A stretch of DNA of 64,000 nucleotides, from the IMG/VR virus record IMGVR_UViG_3300040807_001487, positions 285-64,284 of that record. The stretch is one strand, 5' to 3'. Shown in pieces: positions 1 to 10,094 of this stretch (position 1 is its first letter; each line of letters begins with the position of its first letter). Origin of the DNA: a virus (Duplodnaviria; Caudoviricetes). The translations under genes were made by a program, and so were the position numbers. Under the pieces are notes generated by a model, which made no database searches, was not told the DNA's origin, and was given only the letters and a program-made list of their open reading frames with translations.

Positions 1-279
1 TGGGCGGCTTGCGATAGTCTTCTAGGCGTTGGCCAAAAGGTCAAAGGCACAGAAAAAGTAGCATACAAAGAAAGATGTCAAAAGTTTGCAGATAAATATA
101 TGAATGGCGATCTTAAATTGTTAACATACTGTATGAAAGATGTTTATAATTGGAAAGATTGGTTAGATATGAACCGTGAATATAAAGAAGTAGATTATAC
201 TCAGGTTATCGAAGAAGAAAATAACGTAAAAGCAGAGCAAGAGTGGGCCTGTTCTGGAGGATCTTGCGAAATTCGCTAA
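1..279 (+). CDS. Ribonucleotide reductase catalytic subunit, C-terminal fragment (gene starts before the window)
   Basis: Frame 1 is open from base 1 to TAA at 277-279 and ends ...EQEWACSGGSCEIR*. This is the C-terminal redox cysteine pair typical of RNR large subunits. It sits next to dUTPase. RNR class cannot be determined from this fragment. Confidence 0.75.
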   Translation, partial: WAACDSLLGVGQKVKGTEKVAYKERCQKFADKYMNGDLKLLTYCMKDVYNWKDWLDMNREYKEVDYTQVIEEENNVKAEQEWACSGGSCEIR

Positions 280-306
280 TAAGGAATTAACACTAGGAGA
301 AAATTA

Positions 307-735
307 ATGATGAACTTTGTGGGATTTAAATACTTAACAGAAACTGCTCACGTACCAACTAAATCTAATAAAACAGATGCTGGATTTGATTTATATGCTG
401 ATGAAGACAAATTTATATTTGCTAATAAACGAACAACAATTAAAACCGGAATTAGTCTAGACATGCCAGATAATTTGGCTGGTTTGATTTGGCCTAGATC
501 TGGACTTTCGGTGAAGAAGGGTATAGATGTGTTGGCTGGCGTCATAGACGCTGGCTACAGGGGAGAGATCATGGTTTGTTTATACAATACTTCTGATGAA
601 GATGTAGAAATAAAACGTGGGGATAGAATCGCGCAGATGATATTCCAAGAGGTTCCTGTTATATCTTTACAGTTAAGAGAAGAACTGGGTTCCTCACAAC
701 GAGGGAGTAACGGCTTTGGCAGCACAGGCAAATAA
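307..735 (+). CDS. dut: dUTPase (trimeric type)
   Basis: Motifs AGFDL, PRSGL, GVIDAGYRGE, RIAQ and RGSNGFGSTG; AGGAG SD upstream. Confidence 0.97.
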   Translation: MMNFVGFKYLTETAHVPTKSNKTDAGFDLYADEDKFIFANKRTTIKTGISLDMPDNLAGLIWPRSGLSVKKGIDVLAGVIDAGYRGEIMVCLYNTSDEDVEIKRGDRIAQMIFQEVPVISLQLREELGSSQRGSNGFGSTGK

Positions 736-1396
736 CAACAATCGAAAAAAGCGTCAAGAAAAAAACAAACCCAAAACCAACACGCTGGAGGCTAAAACTG
801 AAAATCAAAAAAACTATATACGCTCTATAATAGAAAATGATGTAGTATTTTGCACAGGGCCATCAGGTAGTGGTAAATCATTTATCGCTGCTGGGTTAGC
901 TTCACAGAAATTGCTTAAAGATGAAATTGATACGATCATTGTTACGCGACCTTTGGTTTGTACTGGGCGAGATCTTGGATCTTTGCCGGGAGAGTTGAAC
1001 GAAAAGATTAAACCATATCTACAACCAATGGAAGAAAATCTAAAGTATTTCCTTGGTAGAGATAAGTTTGGTTATTATTTTAATCAACGTAGAATTCGTT
1101 TCGAACCATTAGAAACTATGCGTGGATCTACATTTCATGAATCCTACATGATTTTAGATGAAGCTCAGAATTGTACACTTGAACAGATTAAAATGTTCAT
1201 AACAAGAATGGGGAATCATTCTAAAGTATTAATTAATGGAGATAATAAACAGACAGATATATTCAAGAACACTGGCTTAGATTACTGTATGGAAAGATTA
1301 TCTAATGTTAATGGTGTCGGAATCTCCAGATTAGAGTATCATGACATACAGAGGAATGGAATTATTGGGGCCGTACTTTACGCACTGGAGAGTTAA
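716..1396 (+). CDS. phoH: PhoH family ATPase
   Basis: Motifs GPSGSGKS, LGSLPG, MRGSTF, ILDEAQN, ITRMG, GDNKQTD and DIQR. Confidence 0.95.
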   Translation: MAAQANNNNRKKRQEKNKPKTNTLEAKTENQKNYIRSIIENDVVFCTGPSGSGKSFIAAGLASQKLLKDEIDTIIVTRPLVCTGRDLGSLPGELNEKIKPYLQPMEENLKYFLGRDKFGYYFNQRRIRFEPLETMRGSTFHESYMILDEAQNCTLEQIKMFITRMGNHSKVLINGDNKQTDIFKNTGLDYCMERLSNVNGVGISRLEYHDIQRNGIIGAVLYALES

Positions 1397-1731
1397 TGTT
1401 ATATGATTATGGATGCCACAGCTGTGGTGAGACTCTTAAGGATGTTAAACAATCTATTCATGACGAAGCACTAATTAAATGCCCATCATGTGGTCAAGAT
1501 TCTCTAGAACGAGTACCATATGGTGGGCTTGGTGCTTTTGTAAAAGACGCAAAGACCATAGGGCAAATTGCAGATAAAAATTGGTCTAACATGGGAAGCT
1601 ATAAAAGATCTGAAATTGAAGCACAAAATAAGCCCAATGCTGATGCCATGAAAAAGAAAGAAGAAAGAAGGGCGATTGGCAAAATGAATGACAAACAAAG
1701 AGAAAGGTATATTATAACGGGCGAAAAATGA
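1396..1731 (+). CDS. FmdB-like zinc-ribbon protein
   Basis: N-terminal MLYDYGCHSCG...CPSCG (two CxxC); TAATG coupling to phoH. Confidence 0.7.
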   Translation: MLYDYGCHSCGETLKDVKQSIHDEALIKCPSCGQDSLERVPYGGLGAFVKDAKTIGQIADKNWSNMGSYKRSEIEAQNKPNADAMKKKEERRAIGKMNDKQRERYIITGEK

Positions 1732-2003
1732 CTGTAAAATACAACAAGGTCGGACAAGAAATACAGGATGGTGACTATGTTTTTGCGGAAGAAATAAATG
1801 GTTCCAAACAAACCATTTATAATATCCTGACATATAACAATTCCATATATGATCCAAGGGGTGCTGATAGCCATAGAGAAAAGACACTCAATCGCACTCT
1901 TAGAAGAACAACAAAGAAAACATTTGAATACTATATACAATATCTTCAGACAAAGAATCCAGTCTTCTTGAGAAGAGCGGAAAGGAGTTTTATCAATGAG
2001 TAA
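1728..2003 (+). CDS. Hypothetical phage protein
   Basis: 91-aa ORF, overlapping both neighbours. Confidence 0.7.
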   Translation: MTVKYNKVGQEIQDGDYVFAEEINGSKQTIYNILTYNNSIYDPRGADSHREKTLNRTLRRTTKKTFEYYIQYLQTKNPVFLRRAERSFINE

Positions 2004-2292
2004 ACGTGGGCCATTAAGCAAAGCAGAGACTTTTTATATTGAGAATCACATGAACGAGCAGGGCGTAGAATCTTTGGCTAAAGAATTAGATAGATCTATT
2101 TCGTCTGTTGAGAAATATATTAAGAAGATATCTAAAGACAAAACAACAACTTTTGGTAAGGTTGGTGGACAGTTCGCAAGATCTCATGGAGCCGTTGTGA
2201 TGACCGAGAACGCATCAAGCATGAGCGACAGCAAGAGAAAGATTGGGACGAAAAATAACACTAACTGCGTGGTAAAAATTAAGCATGATTGA
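1996..2292 (+). CDS. Putative helix-turn-helix protein
   Basis: VESLAKELDRSISSVEKYI resembles an HTH; AAGGAG SD upstream. Confidence 0.55.
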   Translation: MSKRGPLSKAETFYIENHMNEQGVESLAKELDRSISSVEKYIKKISKDKTTTFGKVGGQFARSHGAVVMTENASSMSDSKRKIGTKNNTNCVVKIKHD

Positions 2293-2740
2293 TGGAATTA
2301 TAATTGGTAGAGACAATTGGAAAAAAGTATATCGCTCCAAAGTAAATAATTGTAACAAAAAAGCATGGATAATGTGCTTGCTATCTGATGGCACAGAAAT
2401 ATTTTCTGTTGAAGATAATAAAGTAAACTTATTCAAAGAATATTGCGCAAGGTTTAAGAAAAATATTGACAAAATTGGATTGAAATATAGATCTCACGAA
2501 GTTTGGCTAGAAGAAGAAGTCAAAGATGGGTTCTATATAGTGAAATCAATTAAGGGTTACATGAACGCAAGCCCAAAACACTGTATTGTTCTTGGTGTTA
2601 TCGACGGAGGTATTGTTAGAAAAAAAGCATACATGACTCCAGAGTTGATAGTATCATATGAAGACGATGACGAAGTTGAAAAATGTTTTGCAGAGGCATT
2701 GATATATAATGACAAAGAGAAGACCGCAGTTATTCAATAA
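2285..2740 (+). CDS. Hypothetical protein
   Basis: 151-aa ORF within the coupled operon. Confidence 0.65.
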   Translation: MIDGIIIGRDNWKKVYRSKVNNCNKKAWIMCLLSDGTEIFSVEDNKVNLFKEYCARFKKNIDKIGLKYRSHEVWLEEEVKDGFYIVKSIKGYMNASPKHCIVLGVIDGGIVRKKAYMTPELIVSYEDDDEVEKCFAEALIYNDKEKTAVIQ

Positions 2741-3239
2741 AGAATACCAAAAAGAATGGTCAGAAGAATATAAGTATAAACATATTCATACTGGCGAATA
2801 TTGTAATTTTGAATCATATCTTGCAGAGTATCTAATACTTAGATGGATTGATGCCTTCAACAAGGAAAAGCCATCATATAAGTTTTGGACTGTCGGAGAT
2901 AAGTATCATGATATGTTCATGAGAAATATGAAAGCCGCAAAAGGTCTAAAGAAGAAGTTTGAAGAAAAAACAATACTTGAAGCTATTAAGTCCGACTACT
3001 TTAAAAATGTATACCACGTTGGACTAAAAGCATATGGGCCTAGAGGATGGAAGTATAATCAGGTTGCACTTCAGGCCATAAAAAGCTATCATAGTGAGCA
3101 GAAGGATTTGAAGAAAGCAGCAAAGCAAGCAAAGATAAGTCAAGAAATAGAGGTCAAAGAAGAAAAACCTTTAGTAAGAAGAACAAAGTCTAGTCCAAGC
3201 AACAAACAAAGTATGATAAACAAATTGAGGAATCTATGA
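2709..3239 (+). CDS. Hypothetical basic protein
   Basis: 176-aa ORF with ATGA coupling to recA. Confidence 0.65.
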   Translation: MTKRRPQLFNKEYQKEWSEEYKYKHIHTGEYCNFESYLAEYLILRWIDAFNKEKPSYKFWTVGDKYHDMFMRNMKAAKGLKKKFEEKTILEAIKSDYFKNVYHVGLKAYGPRGWKYNQVALQAIKSYHSEQKDLKKAAKQAKISQEIEVKEEKPLVRRTKSSPSNKQSMINKLRNL

Positions 3240-4345
3240 GTAAAGTAAAAAAGAAAGCAGTTAACAAATTTGAAACTGACATGGTAAGCAACTCTGTTGT
3301 AAGCAAGTACGGCGACGTTGTTCGTAGCGGCACAGAAGTTTTAGAAGCTATAAATAGTCTGCAAGTGATTGGCGTTTCGCCAGCACTAGACATTGCCTTG
3401 GGTGGCGGTTTACGGGAGGGAAGTGTGGTAGTAATGACCGGAGATCCCAAGTCTGGAAAAACTACAACCGCCCTTCATTTTGCTTCTAAGTGCCAAGCTT
3501 TAGGTAAGCGTGTAATCTATGTCAACACAGAAGGTAGATTATCACGCCAGAACTTTGACGGCATTAAGGGGCTAAAATCAGACAATATATTGATTGTAGA
3601 ATCTACTGATGATAAAATTCTATCAGCAGAAGACTTCCTTAATATTATTGAATACTACATCAACAACGATCCGGGTTGTTTAATTATTGCTGACTCATTA
3701 TCCAATATGGTTCCATCCTGTGAACTAGAGGGAGAAGTTAGGACAGGTGTACGTAACGCACTACCAAGGTTACTGTCCATGTTCTTCAAGAGAATTAGTG
3801 GAACATTAATGAAGAATAAGATTATTCTAACATGTATTACTCATAATATTGCTAACACTGGTGGATCACCATACGCTCCATCTAAAATGGCTGACTGTGG
3901 AAACATGTTACAGTACCAAGCTGGAACCAACATGGTGATTACTCATAGAGGTAGATGGCAAGTTCCAAAAGACACTGGGCCACATGTGGGACAGATTGCA
4001 AACTGGTCAATTAAAACTTCGTGTGCTGGTGGAACTCCCAATAGCACAGCTGAAAGCTGGATTAGATATGGAGTTGGAATAGATGAAACTCAAGAAGTAG
4101 TTCAGATTGCATGTGAGTTTAGACTAATTAAAACCGCTGGCGCTTGGTATACAATTCAGTGCGCCTTAGACGATATTCAGAATCCAACTATCCAAAAACT
4201 CCTGAAGGACAATAACGTTGGAGATAAAGAAGAAGATATCGAAAGATTTTTTAAATTCCAAGGTGCTAATAATACCCTTGAGTTTTTAAATGAAAATCCC
4301 GATATGTCATCATTCATTTACGATAAGATTAAGGAATTATTTTAA
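3236..4345 (+). CDS. recA: RecA/UvsX-like recombinase
   Basis: SPALDIALGGG, Walker A GDPKSGKTT, YVNTE, Walker B LIIADS, and C-terminal YGVGID...AGAWY as in RecA. Confidence 0.9.
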   Translation: MSKVKKKAVNKFETDMVSNSVVSKYGDVVRSGTEVLEAINSLQVIGVSPALDIALGGGLREGSVVVMTGDPKSGKTTTALHFASKCQALGKRVIYVNTEGRLSRQNFDGIKGLKSDNILIVESTDDKILSAEDFLNIIEYYINNDPGCLIIADSLSNMVPSCELEGEVRTGVRNALPRLLSMFFKRISGTLMKNKIILTCITHNIANTGGSPYAPSKMADCGNMLQYQAGTNMVITHRGRWQVPKDTGPHVGQIANWSIKTSCAGGTPNSTAESWIRYGVGIDETQEVVQIACEFRLIKTAGAWYTIQCALDDIQNPTIQKLLKDNNVGDKEEDIERFFKFQGANNTLEFLNENPDMSSFIYDKIKELF

Positions 4346-4491
4346 TGGCTCAAGTAGATCTAACCAAGACAGAGGCTTGGAGAATACTGGACGCTCTACA
4401 GGTCTACAAGAAAGATTACGAACTTCCAGAATCTGCAAAGAAAACAATAAGATCTGCCGAAAAGAAATTAAAGAAGGTAGTTAATGAATAA
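4345..4491 (+). CDS. 48-aa small protein (below the ORF-track cut-off)
   Basis: ATG overlaps the recA stop (TAATG). Translates MAQVDLTKTEAWRILDALQVYKKDYELPESAKKTIRSAEKKLKKVVNE*. Confidence 0.65.
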   Translation: MAQVDLTKTEAWRILDALQVYKKDYELPESAKKTIRSAEKKLKKVVNE

Positions 4492-4570
4492 TAATATGTG
4501 GCCAAAGTTTATTGGACTATTGACGGTGTGGATAATTCTCTTTATTTATTTTTATAGACCAGAAAAATGA
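4484..4570 (+). CDS. 28-aa putative single-pass membrane peptide
   Basis: MNNNMWPKFIGLLTVWIILFIYFYRPEK*. Overlaps the previous ORF's end and the next start (ATGA). Confidence 0.45.
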   Translation: MNNNMWPKFIGLLTVWIILFIYFYRPEK

Positions 4571-4764
4571 TTAATATATTTTATATATGCATAGGCATAT
4601 TGCTAGCTAGATTTATAGAATGGATTTTGTATGAAAGTTATAGGCTTAAATGGCAGAGAGTACGTTTGGAACTTAAGCGGATATTCTGTTGCCGCCAACG
4701 ACAAGCGAAAGAGATCAAAGTACCACGTTCGCGCAAGAGAAGTCTTGAAGACTGTCTTCCATAG
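4567..4764 (+). CDS. 65-aa putative membrane-anchored basic peptide overlapping the nuclease gene
   Basis: ATGA coupling; hydrophobic N-terminus; 134-nt out-of-frame overlap with 4631..5053. Confidence 0.3.
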   Translation: MINIFYICIGILLARFIEWILYESYRLKWQRVRLELKRIFCCRQRQAKEIKVPRSRKRSLEDCLP

Positions 4765-5053
4765 CTATAGAATACTTGAAGAAGTTAAACTACCGGGAAG
4801 TACGCCAAGTCACAGAAAGGGAGTTCTGTATTTAGATTTTTATATTCCACAGATAATGCTAGCTATAGAAGTTCATGGGCAACAACATTATGAATTTACT
4901 CCATTCTTTCATAAGACAAAAGCAGATTTTGTGTTGGCAAAAGCCAAGGATGAGGATAAAATAGAATGGTGCAAGTTGAACAAGATTGATTTGATTGAGT
5001 TGAAATATTCAGATACAGATGAACAGTGGAGAGAACAAATTGAAAACAGCTAA
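4631..5053 (+). CDS. Vsr/DUF559-like PD-(D/E)xK endonuclease
   Basis: LYLDFYIP...AIEVHGQQHY...DEDKIEWCKLNKIDLIELKY pattern. Confidence 0.75.
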   Translation: MKVIGLNGREYVWNLSGYSVAANDKRKRSKYHVRAREVLKTVFHSYRILEEVKLPGSTPSHRKGVLYLDFYIPQIMLAIEVHGQQHYEFTPFFHKTKADFVLAKAKDEDKIEWCKLNKIDLIELKYSDTDEQWREQIENS

Positions 5054-5501
5054 AGAAACTATTGAAGATTTTGTTGCAAAGCTGGATGAATTCACGAACG
5101 AAACAAATACTAAGTTTGCTAGTTTTCGTGAAGAGTTTTTGCTTTACGCTAATATGTCTCAAAGCAAGATGAATGAATTAAATCAGCAAGAACTTTTCGA
5201 TGTAGCGTTTTTGCTATACAGCTACGCCTCTTACATTCAAGATCAAATCAACAGGCAAAAGGTTGTATACGACTTATGCAACGATCAGCTTCAAAAAATG
5301 GTGGCAAGAAACAACGAAAGGTTTGGCCCATATACTAAACATGAAGCCAAGATGCAACTTATCGTAGTAGATAATGAATACGCTAACGCTATAGATGGGT
5401 ACAAACAAATAGCCTGTGCTAGAATACAAGAGCTTGATGGAAAAGTTTATGAACTCAAGCGCAAAGCAGACATACTAACAGAAAAAGGAAAGAGACTATG
5501 A
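5040..5501 (+). CDS. Helical/coiled-coil protein, possibly a UvsY-like recombination mediator
   Basis: ORF 5019..5501; probable TTG start at 5040 after GGAG. All-helical composition and position near recA; the function is inferred. Confidence 0.4.
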   Translation: MKTAKETIEDFVAKLDEFTNETNTKFASFREEFLLYANMSQSKMNELNQQELFDVAFLLYSYASYIQDQINRQKVVYDLCNDQLQKMVARNNERFGPYTKHEAKMQLIVVDNEYANAIDGYKQIACARIQELDGKVYELKRKADILTEKGKRL

Positions 5502-5911
5502 ACCTAAAAGCTTTTGTTGAAACACTAAGTGTTGAAGAAAGAGGACAACTTCTAAGTATACTCACAAGTCACCTAGACACTGTTGAGACGCCAACCCCAA
5601 CGCAAAAAGAAGCTGTTAACGAAAAGCCTCAAGCAGCAAAATCAAACATAAACGAAGACTTTACCATGAATACCAGCAACAGCATTAAATCAACTAACAA
5701 GAGAATACCAGTTCAAGCAAGAAAAAACACTTGGTCAGACACTGGTGAAGACAGGCATATAGAAACGCCAAGCGTAACAAGAACACCAAGGAATAGAAAG
5801 CCTCCAGCTAAAAAAGATGTTGTTTGTAGCGCCTGTGGCAAAAAGGATAAAGTTAATTCATCTTTAGTTTATGGTGAATATTACAGGTGCGAGAGATGTG
5901 TAGGTAAATAA
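5498..5911 (+). CDS. Protein with C-terminal zinc ribbon
   Basis: CSACG...CERC at the C-terminus; coupled to dnaB. Confidence 0.65.
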   Translation: MNLKAFVETLSVEERGQLLSILTSHLDTVETPTPTQKEAVNEKPQAAKSNINEDFTMNTSNSIKSTNKRIPVQARKNTWSDTGEDRHIETPSVTRTPRNRKPPAKKDVVCSACGKKDKVNSSLVYGEYYRCERCVGK

Positions 5912-7386
5912 TGAAAGAAAAGCTTGTAGATGTAGGATCTGAAAGAGCCATACTTGCAGCACTATGCCAATACGGCATAGATGCCTACGTTTCTGTGTCT
6001 GATATCATTACAGAAAATTCTTTTGTTAATACCAATAACAAGATTATCTTCAAGTGTATAGATCACGCACTTAAGAATGATCAGTCTCCAGATGTGGCCT
6101 CTCTGTTGGCAGCAGCGGAGCAGCTAGATGTTATAGAAACCATAAACACACCACAAGAACTCAAGTATATCTCTTCTTTATACGAATTTCCAGTTGATGA
6201 AAGTAACACGTTAAAGTTTGCTGCCCAGTTAAAGAAGTTTGAGTTTGCCCGTAATATCAAAAAGTTAACTACCAAAATCCACAAGAAGGTAGACGAAATA
6301 AATGGAACGGAAACAATAGATGAGATTATCAATATATTAGAAAATCCCGTCACAGACTTTCTCAGGGAAGACAGCGGAACAGAACACCCAGAAAAAATTG
6401 GACTTGGAGTAGAAGATCATGTTGAATTCCTCAAGCAGAATAAGTGTGATATCATTGGTATACCCACGGGATTCAAGAGATACGATGAAGCCATTGGTGG
6501 TGGTTTGCGACGTAAATGCGTTGATCTTGTTTCAGCAAGACCAAAAGTTGGCAAGTCAGTATTTGCTGACAACGTTGCCCTTAACGTATCATCAATTGGA
6601 ATTCCCGTATTAGTTCTAGACACCGAGATGTCAAAGGAAGATCATCTCAATAGATTAATAGCTAATATTAGTGGAGTTCCTATCAATGAAGTAGCAACTG
6701 GTAAATTTGCTGACGATTCACAAAAAGATGACAAAGTAACAACGGCAATGAAGCAATTGTCTTCAATCCCGTACAGCTATGCTAGTGTTGCAGGTAAGCC
6801 ATTTGAACAAATATTGAATCTAATCCGACGATGGGTGACTCAAGAAGTCAAGACAGACGAAACAGGTAAAACAAATGAATGTTTGATCATCTACGATTAT
6901 TTAAAGTTGATGTCATCGTCATCTATTACAAACAATATCCAAGAATATCAGGCGTTGGGATTTCAGATTACCTCTCTTCATAATTTATGCGTTAAGCTAG
7001 ACATACCTTGTCTATCCTTCGTGCAATTGAATCGTGATGGAATAACACAAGAAAGCACTGCTTCTGTCAGCGGTTCTGATAGATTAATATGGCTATGTAC
7101 ATCGTTTAGTATATTCAAAGCTAAGTCTCCAGAGGAACTAGCAGAAGACGGGCCAAAGTCTGGAAACAGAAAGTTAGTTCCAATCGTTTCTAGGCATGGC
7201 GCTGGGATGGATGACGGTGACTACATCAATATGCAAATGAATGGATCACACGCAAAATTATTAGAAATAGCAACAAGAAATGAATTAAAGAATAATCCAA
7301 CTGGTGATACTGGTTTAATAGATACTGACGCATTAAGTAAGTTGAGTAAAGATGGACTTGAAGAAATTGAAACAGACTCTGAGTGA
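5911..7386 (+). CDS. dnaB: Replicative DnaB-like helicase
   Basis: ERAILAAL N-domain, GIPTGF, Walker A ARPKVGKS, TEMS, IYDYLKLM and QLNR. Confidence 0.95.
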   Translation: MKEKLVDVGSERAILAALCQYGIDAYVSVSDIITENSFVNTNNKIIFKCIDHALKNDQSPDVASLLAAAEQLDVIETINTPQELKYISSLYEFPVDESNTLKFAAQLKKFEFARNIKKLTTKIHKKVDEINGTETIDEIINILENPVTDFLREDSGTEHPEKIGLGVEDHVEFLKQNKCDIIGIPTGFKRYDEAIGGGLRRKCVDLVSARPKVGKSVFADNVALNVSSIGIPVLVLDTEMSKEDHLNRLIANISGVPINEVATGKFADDSQKDDKVTTAMKQLSSIPYSYASVAGKPFEQILNLIRRWVTQEVKTDETGKTNECLIIYDYLKLMSSSSITNNIQEYQALGFQITSLHNLCVKLDIPCLSFVQLNRDGITQESTASVSGSDRLIWLCTSFSIFKAKSPEELAEDGPKSGNRKLVPIVSRHGAGMDDGDYINMQMNGSHAKLLEIATRNELKNNPTGDTGLIDTDALSKLSKDGLEEIETDSE

Positions 7387-8362
7387 CAACCACTTAGATG
7401 TATTTAAAAAGCTTGGAATGAACTGTGAATGTTTTGGTGATAACATTTACTGCGTCTGTCCCGTGCATGAGGGCAGTGACAACCCAAGAGCATTCTCTTA
7501 TTCTGCCGACAAAAAAATATGGAAATGCTGGACAAAAGAATGTCAGGAACATTACAACAATGACATATTTGGCTTAATTAGGGGCGCACTGTCAAATCAG
7601 CGTGGATCAGAAGTAAACTTTTCAGAAGCCTTGCAGTGGATTACAAGCAACTATAAATGTGATAGATCTTATGTTGCAAAACCTAAAGTAGAGGTTGAGT
7701 GTGAACTATCTAATACTATAGATATGCTTAAGAGGAAGTCATACACAGATAATAGTAAAGAAGTAGATTTAGTATCTTATGACATACCATCACAATATTT
7801 TTTGTCAAGAGGTTTTTTAGACAGCACACTTTTGCACTTTGGGGTTGGAGACTACTATAATAAAGGTACGCTAAACGAAAGATCTATTATTCCTATTTAT
7901 AATGACGATGGATCTAGTATCATTGGAGCAACCGCAAGATCCATAAAATCATATAGAACCCCGAAGTATTTGATATATCCAAAAGGTTTTGATAAAACAT
8001 CTTATTTCTACAATTACCACAGGGCCATACAGAAAGCAAGAGAAACTTCTACACTGTTCATAACAGAGGGTCAGGGCGATGTGTGGAAGATGTATGAATC
8101 TGGAGTAATAAATGCTGTTGGTCTATTTGGTAAAACGCTATCAGAAAAACAAGAATACAAATTAAACAAGATGGGAATAACACACGTTGTGGTATTACTT
8201 GACAACGATCAGGCAGGAAGAGAAGCAAAAGTAAAAATCAAAAGACAGCTTGGTAGAATGTATACAACAATTTTCCCTAAATTAATTAAGAACGATGTGG
8301 GGGATATGACTATCAATCAAATTAAAGAGACTATCTTGAGCAACCTGAGAGGAATGTACTGA
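7352..8362 (+). CDS. dnaG: DNA primase (CHC2 zinc finger + Toprim)
   Basis: CPVH...CWTKEC zinc finger, PKY, ITEGQGDV and LDNDQAG. Confidence 0.9.
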   Translation: MDLKKLKQTLSDNHLDVFKKLGMNCECFGDNIYCVCPVHEGSDNPRAFSYSADKKIWKCWTKECQEHYNNDIFGLIRGALSNQRGSEVNFSEALQWITSNYKCDRSYVAKPKVEVECELSNTIDMLKRKSYTDNSKEVDLVSYDIPSQYFLSRGFLDSTLLHFGVGDYYNKGTLNERSIIPIYNDDGSSIIGATARSIKSYRTPKYLIYPKGFDKTSYFYNYHRAIQKARETSTLFITEGQGDVWKMYESGVINAVGLFGKTLSEKQEYKLNKMGITHVVVLLDNDQAGREAKVKIKRQLGRMYTTIFPKLIKNDVGDMTINQIKETILSNLRGMY

Positions 8363-9063
8363 TGGTAAAAATTATTGGAATATCTGGAAGGAAACAGTCT
8401 GGCAAAAACACAGTCGCTAATTATATTATTGGTGATATATTGAAGTCTCAGGAAATGATACAGGATTTCGTTATCAATAACAATGGCGAGCTAGAAATAA
8501 AAACATCAGATTCTTCTGGTCATGTTGGGTGGGGAGTATTTAACGTACTTAGACATGACGAAGAATTTATTTCATATGCAGAAACTCAGCTTTGGCCCTA
8601 TGTGAAGATATACCATTTTGCAGACTACTTAAAGAAGATATGCGTCGATCTTTTTGACCTAACACCAAAACAAGTATATGGAACAGATGCTGATAAAAAT
8701 GCCGACACAGAATATGATATGACGGCAAGAGAATTTCTACAATATTTTGGCACTGATGTCATGCGTAAAATAAAAGATACAGTTTGGGTTGATTGTACAA
8801 TTAAATCTATTGACAAACAACAGCCAAAAATAGCACTGATACCAGACGTTAGATTTCCAAACGAGGTTGACGCAATACATCGCGCTGGAGGAACTGTCGT
8901 TAGACTAACAAGAGACGTTTACAAGTCAGATCATAATTGTGAAACTTCGCTAGATCAAAATGTGTACAACTGGGATAACTTTGATCACATCATATACAAT
9001 GATTCTTCGGAATTATCTGATATGCTCACAAGTTTAGATTCATTGAAATGGCTATGGAGATAA
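8362..9063 (+). CDS. Deoxynucleoside monophosphate kinase
   Basis: IIGISGRKQSGKN, FADYLK, REFLQYFGTDVMR and DVRFPNE. Confidence 0.9.
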   Translation: MVKIIGISGRKQSGKNTVANYIIGDILKSQEMIQDFVINNNGELEIKTSDSSGHVGWGVFNVLRHDEEFISYAETQLWPYVKIYHFADYLKKICVDLFDLTPKQVYGTDADKNADTEYDMTAREFLQYFGTDVMRKIKDTVWVDCTIKSIDKQQPKIALIPDVRFPNEVDAIHRAGGTVVRLTRDVYKSDHNCETSLDQNVYNWDNFDHIIYNDSSELSDMLTSLDSLKWLWR

Positions 9064-9064
9064 C

Positions 9065-10090
9065 ATGTTAATTACTTATATCAGATCATCGTCTTACAAC
9101 AACTACGCATATTGCCAGATGCAATACTTTATCACTTATGTTCTTGGGCATAGGTCTGTAAGTGGCAAAAAAGCAGAACTTGGGACTATTGTTCATAAAG
9201 TCATGGAATGTTTGGCTGGACTAAAGAAAGCGGACCAAGACGCTAGCGCACGTACCAAAAAGCTAAAAATAAAAGACGATGCCCTAAAAGAAGTATCGTG
9301 TCTTAGAAGTGAACTACATTCTGAAGATCTTGTTTCTAGGCTGCTTGATGAAAGCTTCAAGTTTTACACAAGCACATCGGTTCACTCTTGGGACATGTCA
9401 GATAAACATATGTGTCATAATCTAATATGGAAAACTCTAGAATATAACCAAGGACAATTTGATCCAAGGAAGCGAGACATCCTAGCACCAGAGCCTCATT
9501 TTGATATACCAATTGAAGAAGATTGGGCCAAATTTGAGTATAAGATGCCAGACGGAAAGACTATCAAGGGACAGTTGGCAATTAAGGGAACTATTGACCT
9601 TGTAACAACGATAGATAAAGACACAATAGAAGTAATCGACTGGAAGACAGGGAGAAGATTAGATTGGGCAACTGGCGAAGAAAAGACATACGAAAAGCTA
9701 TGTTCTGATCCACAGCTGTTATTGTACAACTATGCAATTTCCAAGCTTTTTCCAGAATACAAACAGGCAATTATGAGCATCTTCTTCATTAAAGATGGTG
9801 GCCCATTTAGCATGTGTTTTGACAAGTCGGACCAGCGAAAATTCCTTGATATGTTGAAGGACAGGTTTCAAGAAATACAGCAAAATAATGCCCCCAGACC
9901 CATTTCAAGCGACAGAAGTAACTGGAAATGCACAAAATTATGCCATTTTTGCAAAAACAACTGGCCGGGAACAGACGAAAATATGTGTATGTATATAGAG
10001 AAGCACCTTAAAACGAATGGTATGGATGATACAATAAAACATTGCACAAGTAAAGGTTTTGATATAGGATTTTACGAGGCTCCGGGGTAA
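9065..10090 (+). CDS. Cas4/AddB-like PD-(D/E)xK exonuclease with probable Fe-S cysteines
   Basis: N-terminal Cys (YCQMQY), GTIVH, GTIDL...IDWKTG, QLLLY, and C-terminal CTKLCHFC. Confidence 0.85.
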   Translation: MLITYIRSSSYNNYAYCQMQYFITYVLGHRSVSGKKAELGTIVHKVMECLAGLKKADQDASARTKKLKIKDDALKEVSCLRSELHSEDLVSRLLDESFKFYTSTSVHSWDMSDKHMCHNLIWKTLEYNQGQFDPRKRDILAPEPHFDIPIEEDWAKFEYKMPDGKTIKGQLAIKGTIDLVTTIDKDTIEVIDWKTGRRLDWATGEEKTYEKLCSDPQLLLYNYAISKLFPEYKQAIMSIFFIKDGGPFSMCFDKSDQRKFLDMLKDRFQEIQQNNAPRPISSDRSNWKCTKLCHFCKNNWPGTDENMCMYIEKHLKTNGMDDTIKHCTSKGFDIGFYEAPG

Positions 10091-10094
10091 AAAA

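Noticed and set aside
9985-10001. GTGTATGTATATAGAGA as a fifth late-promoter copy
   Set aside because: Two mismatches at conserved positions; kept only as a remark, not as a feature.
9065-10090. Cas4-like nuclease as part of a CRISPR system
   Set aside because: No repeat-spacer array or other cas genes seen. Solo Cas4-like nucleases are common in phage replication modules.
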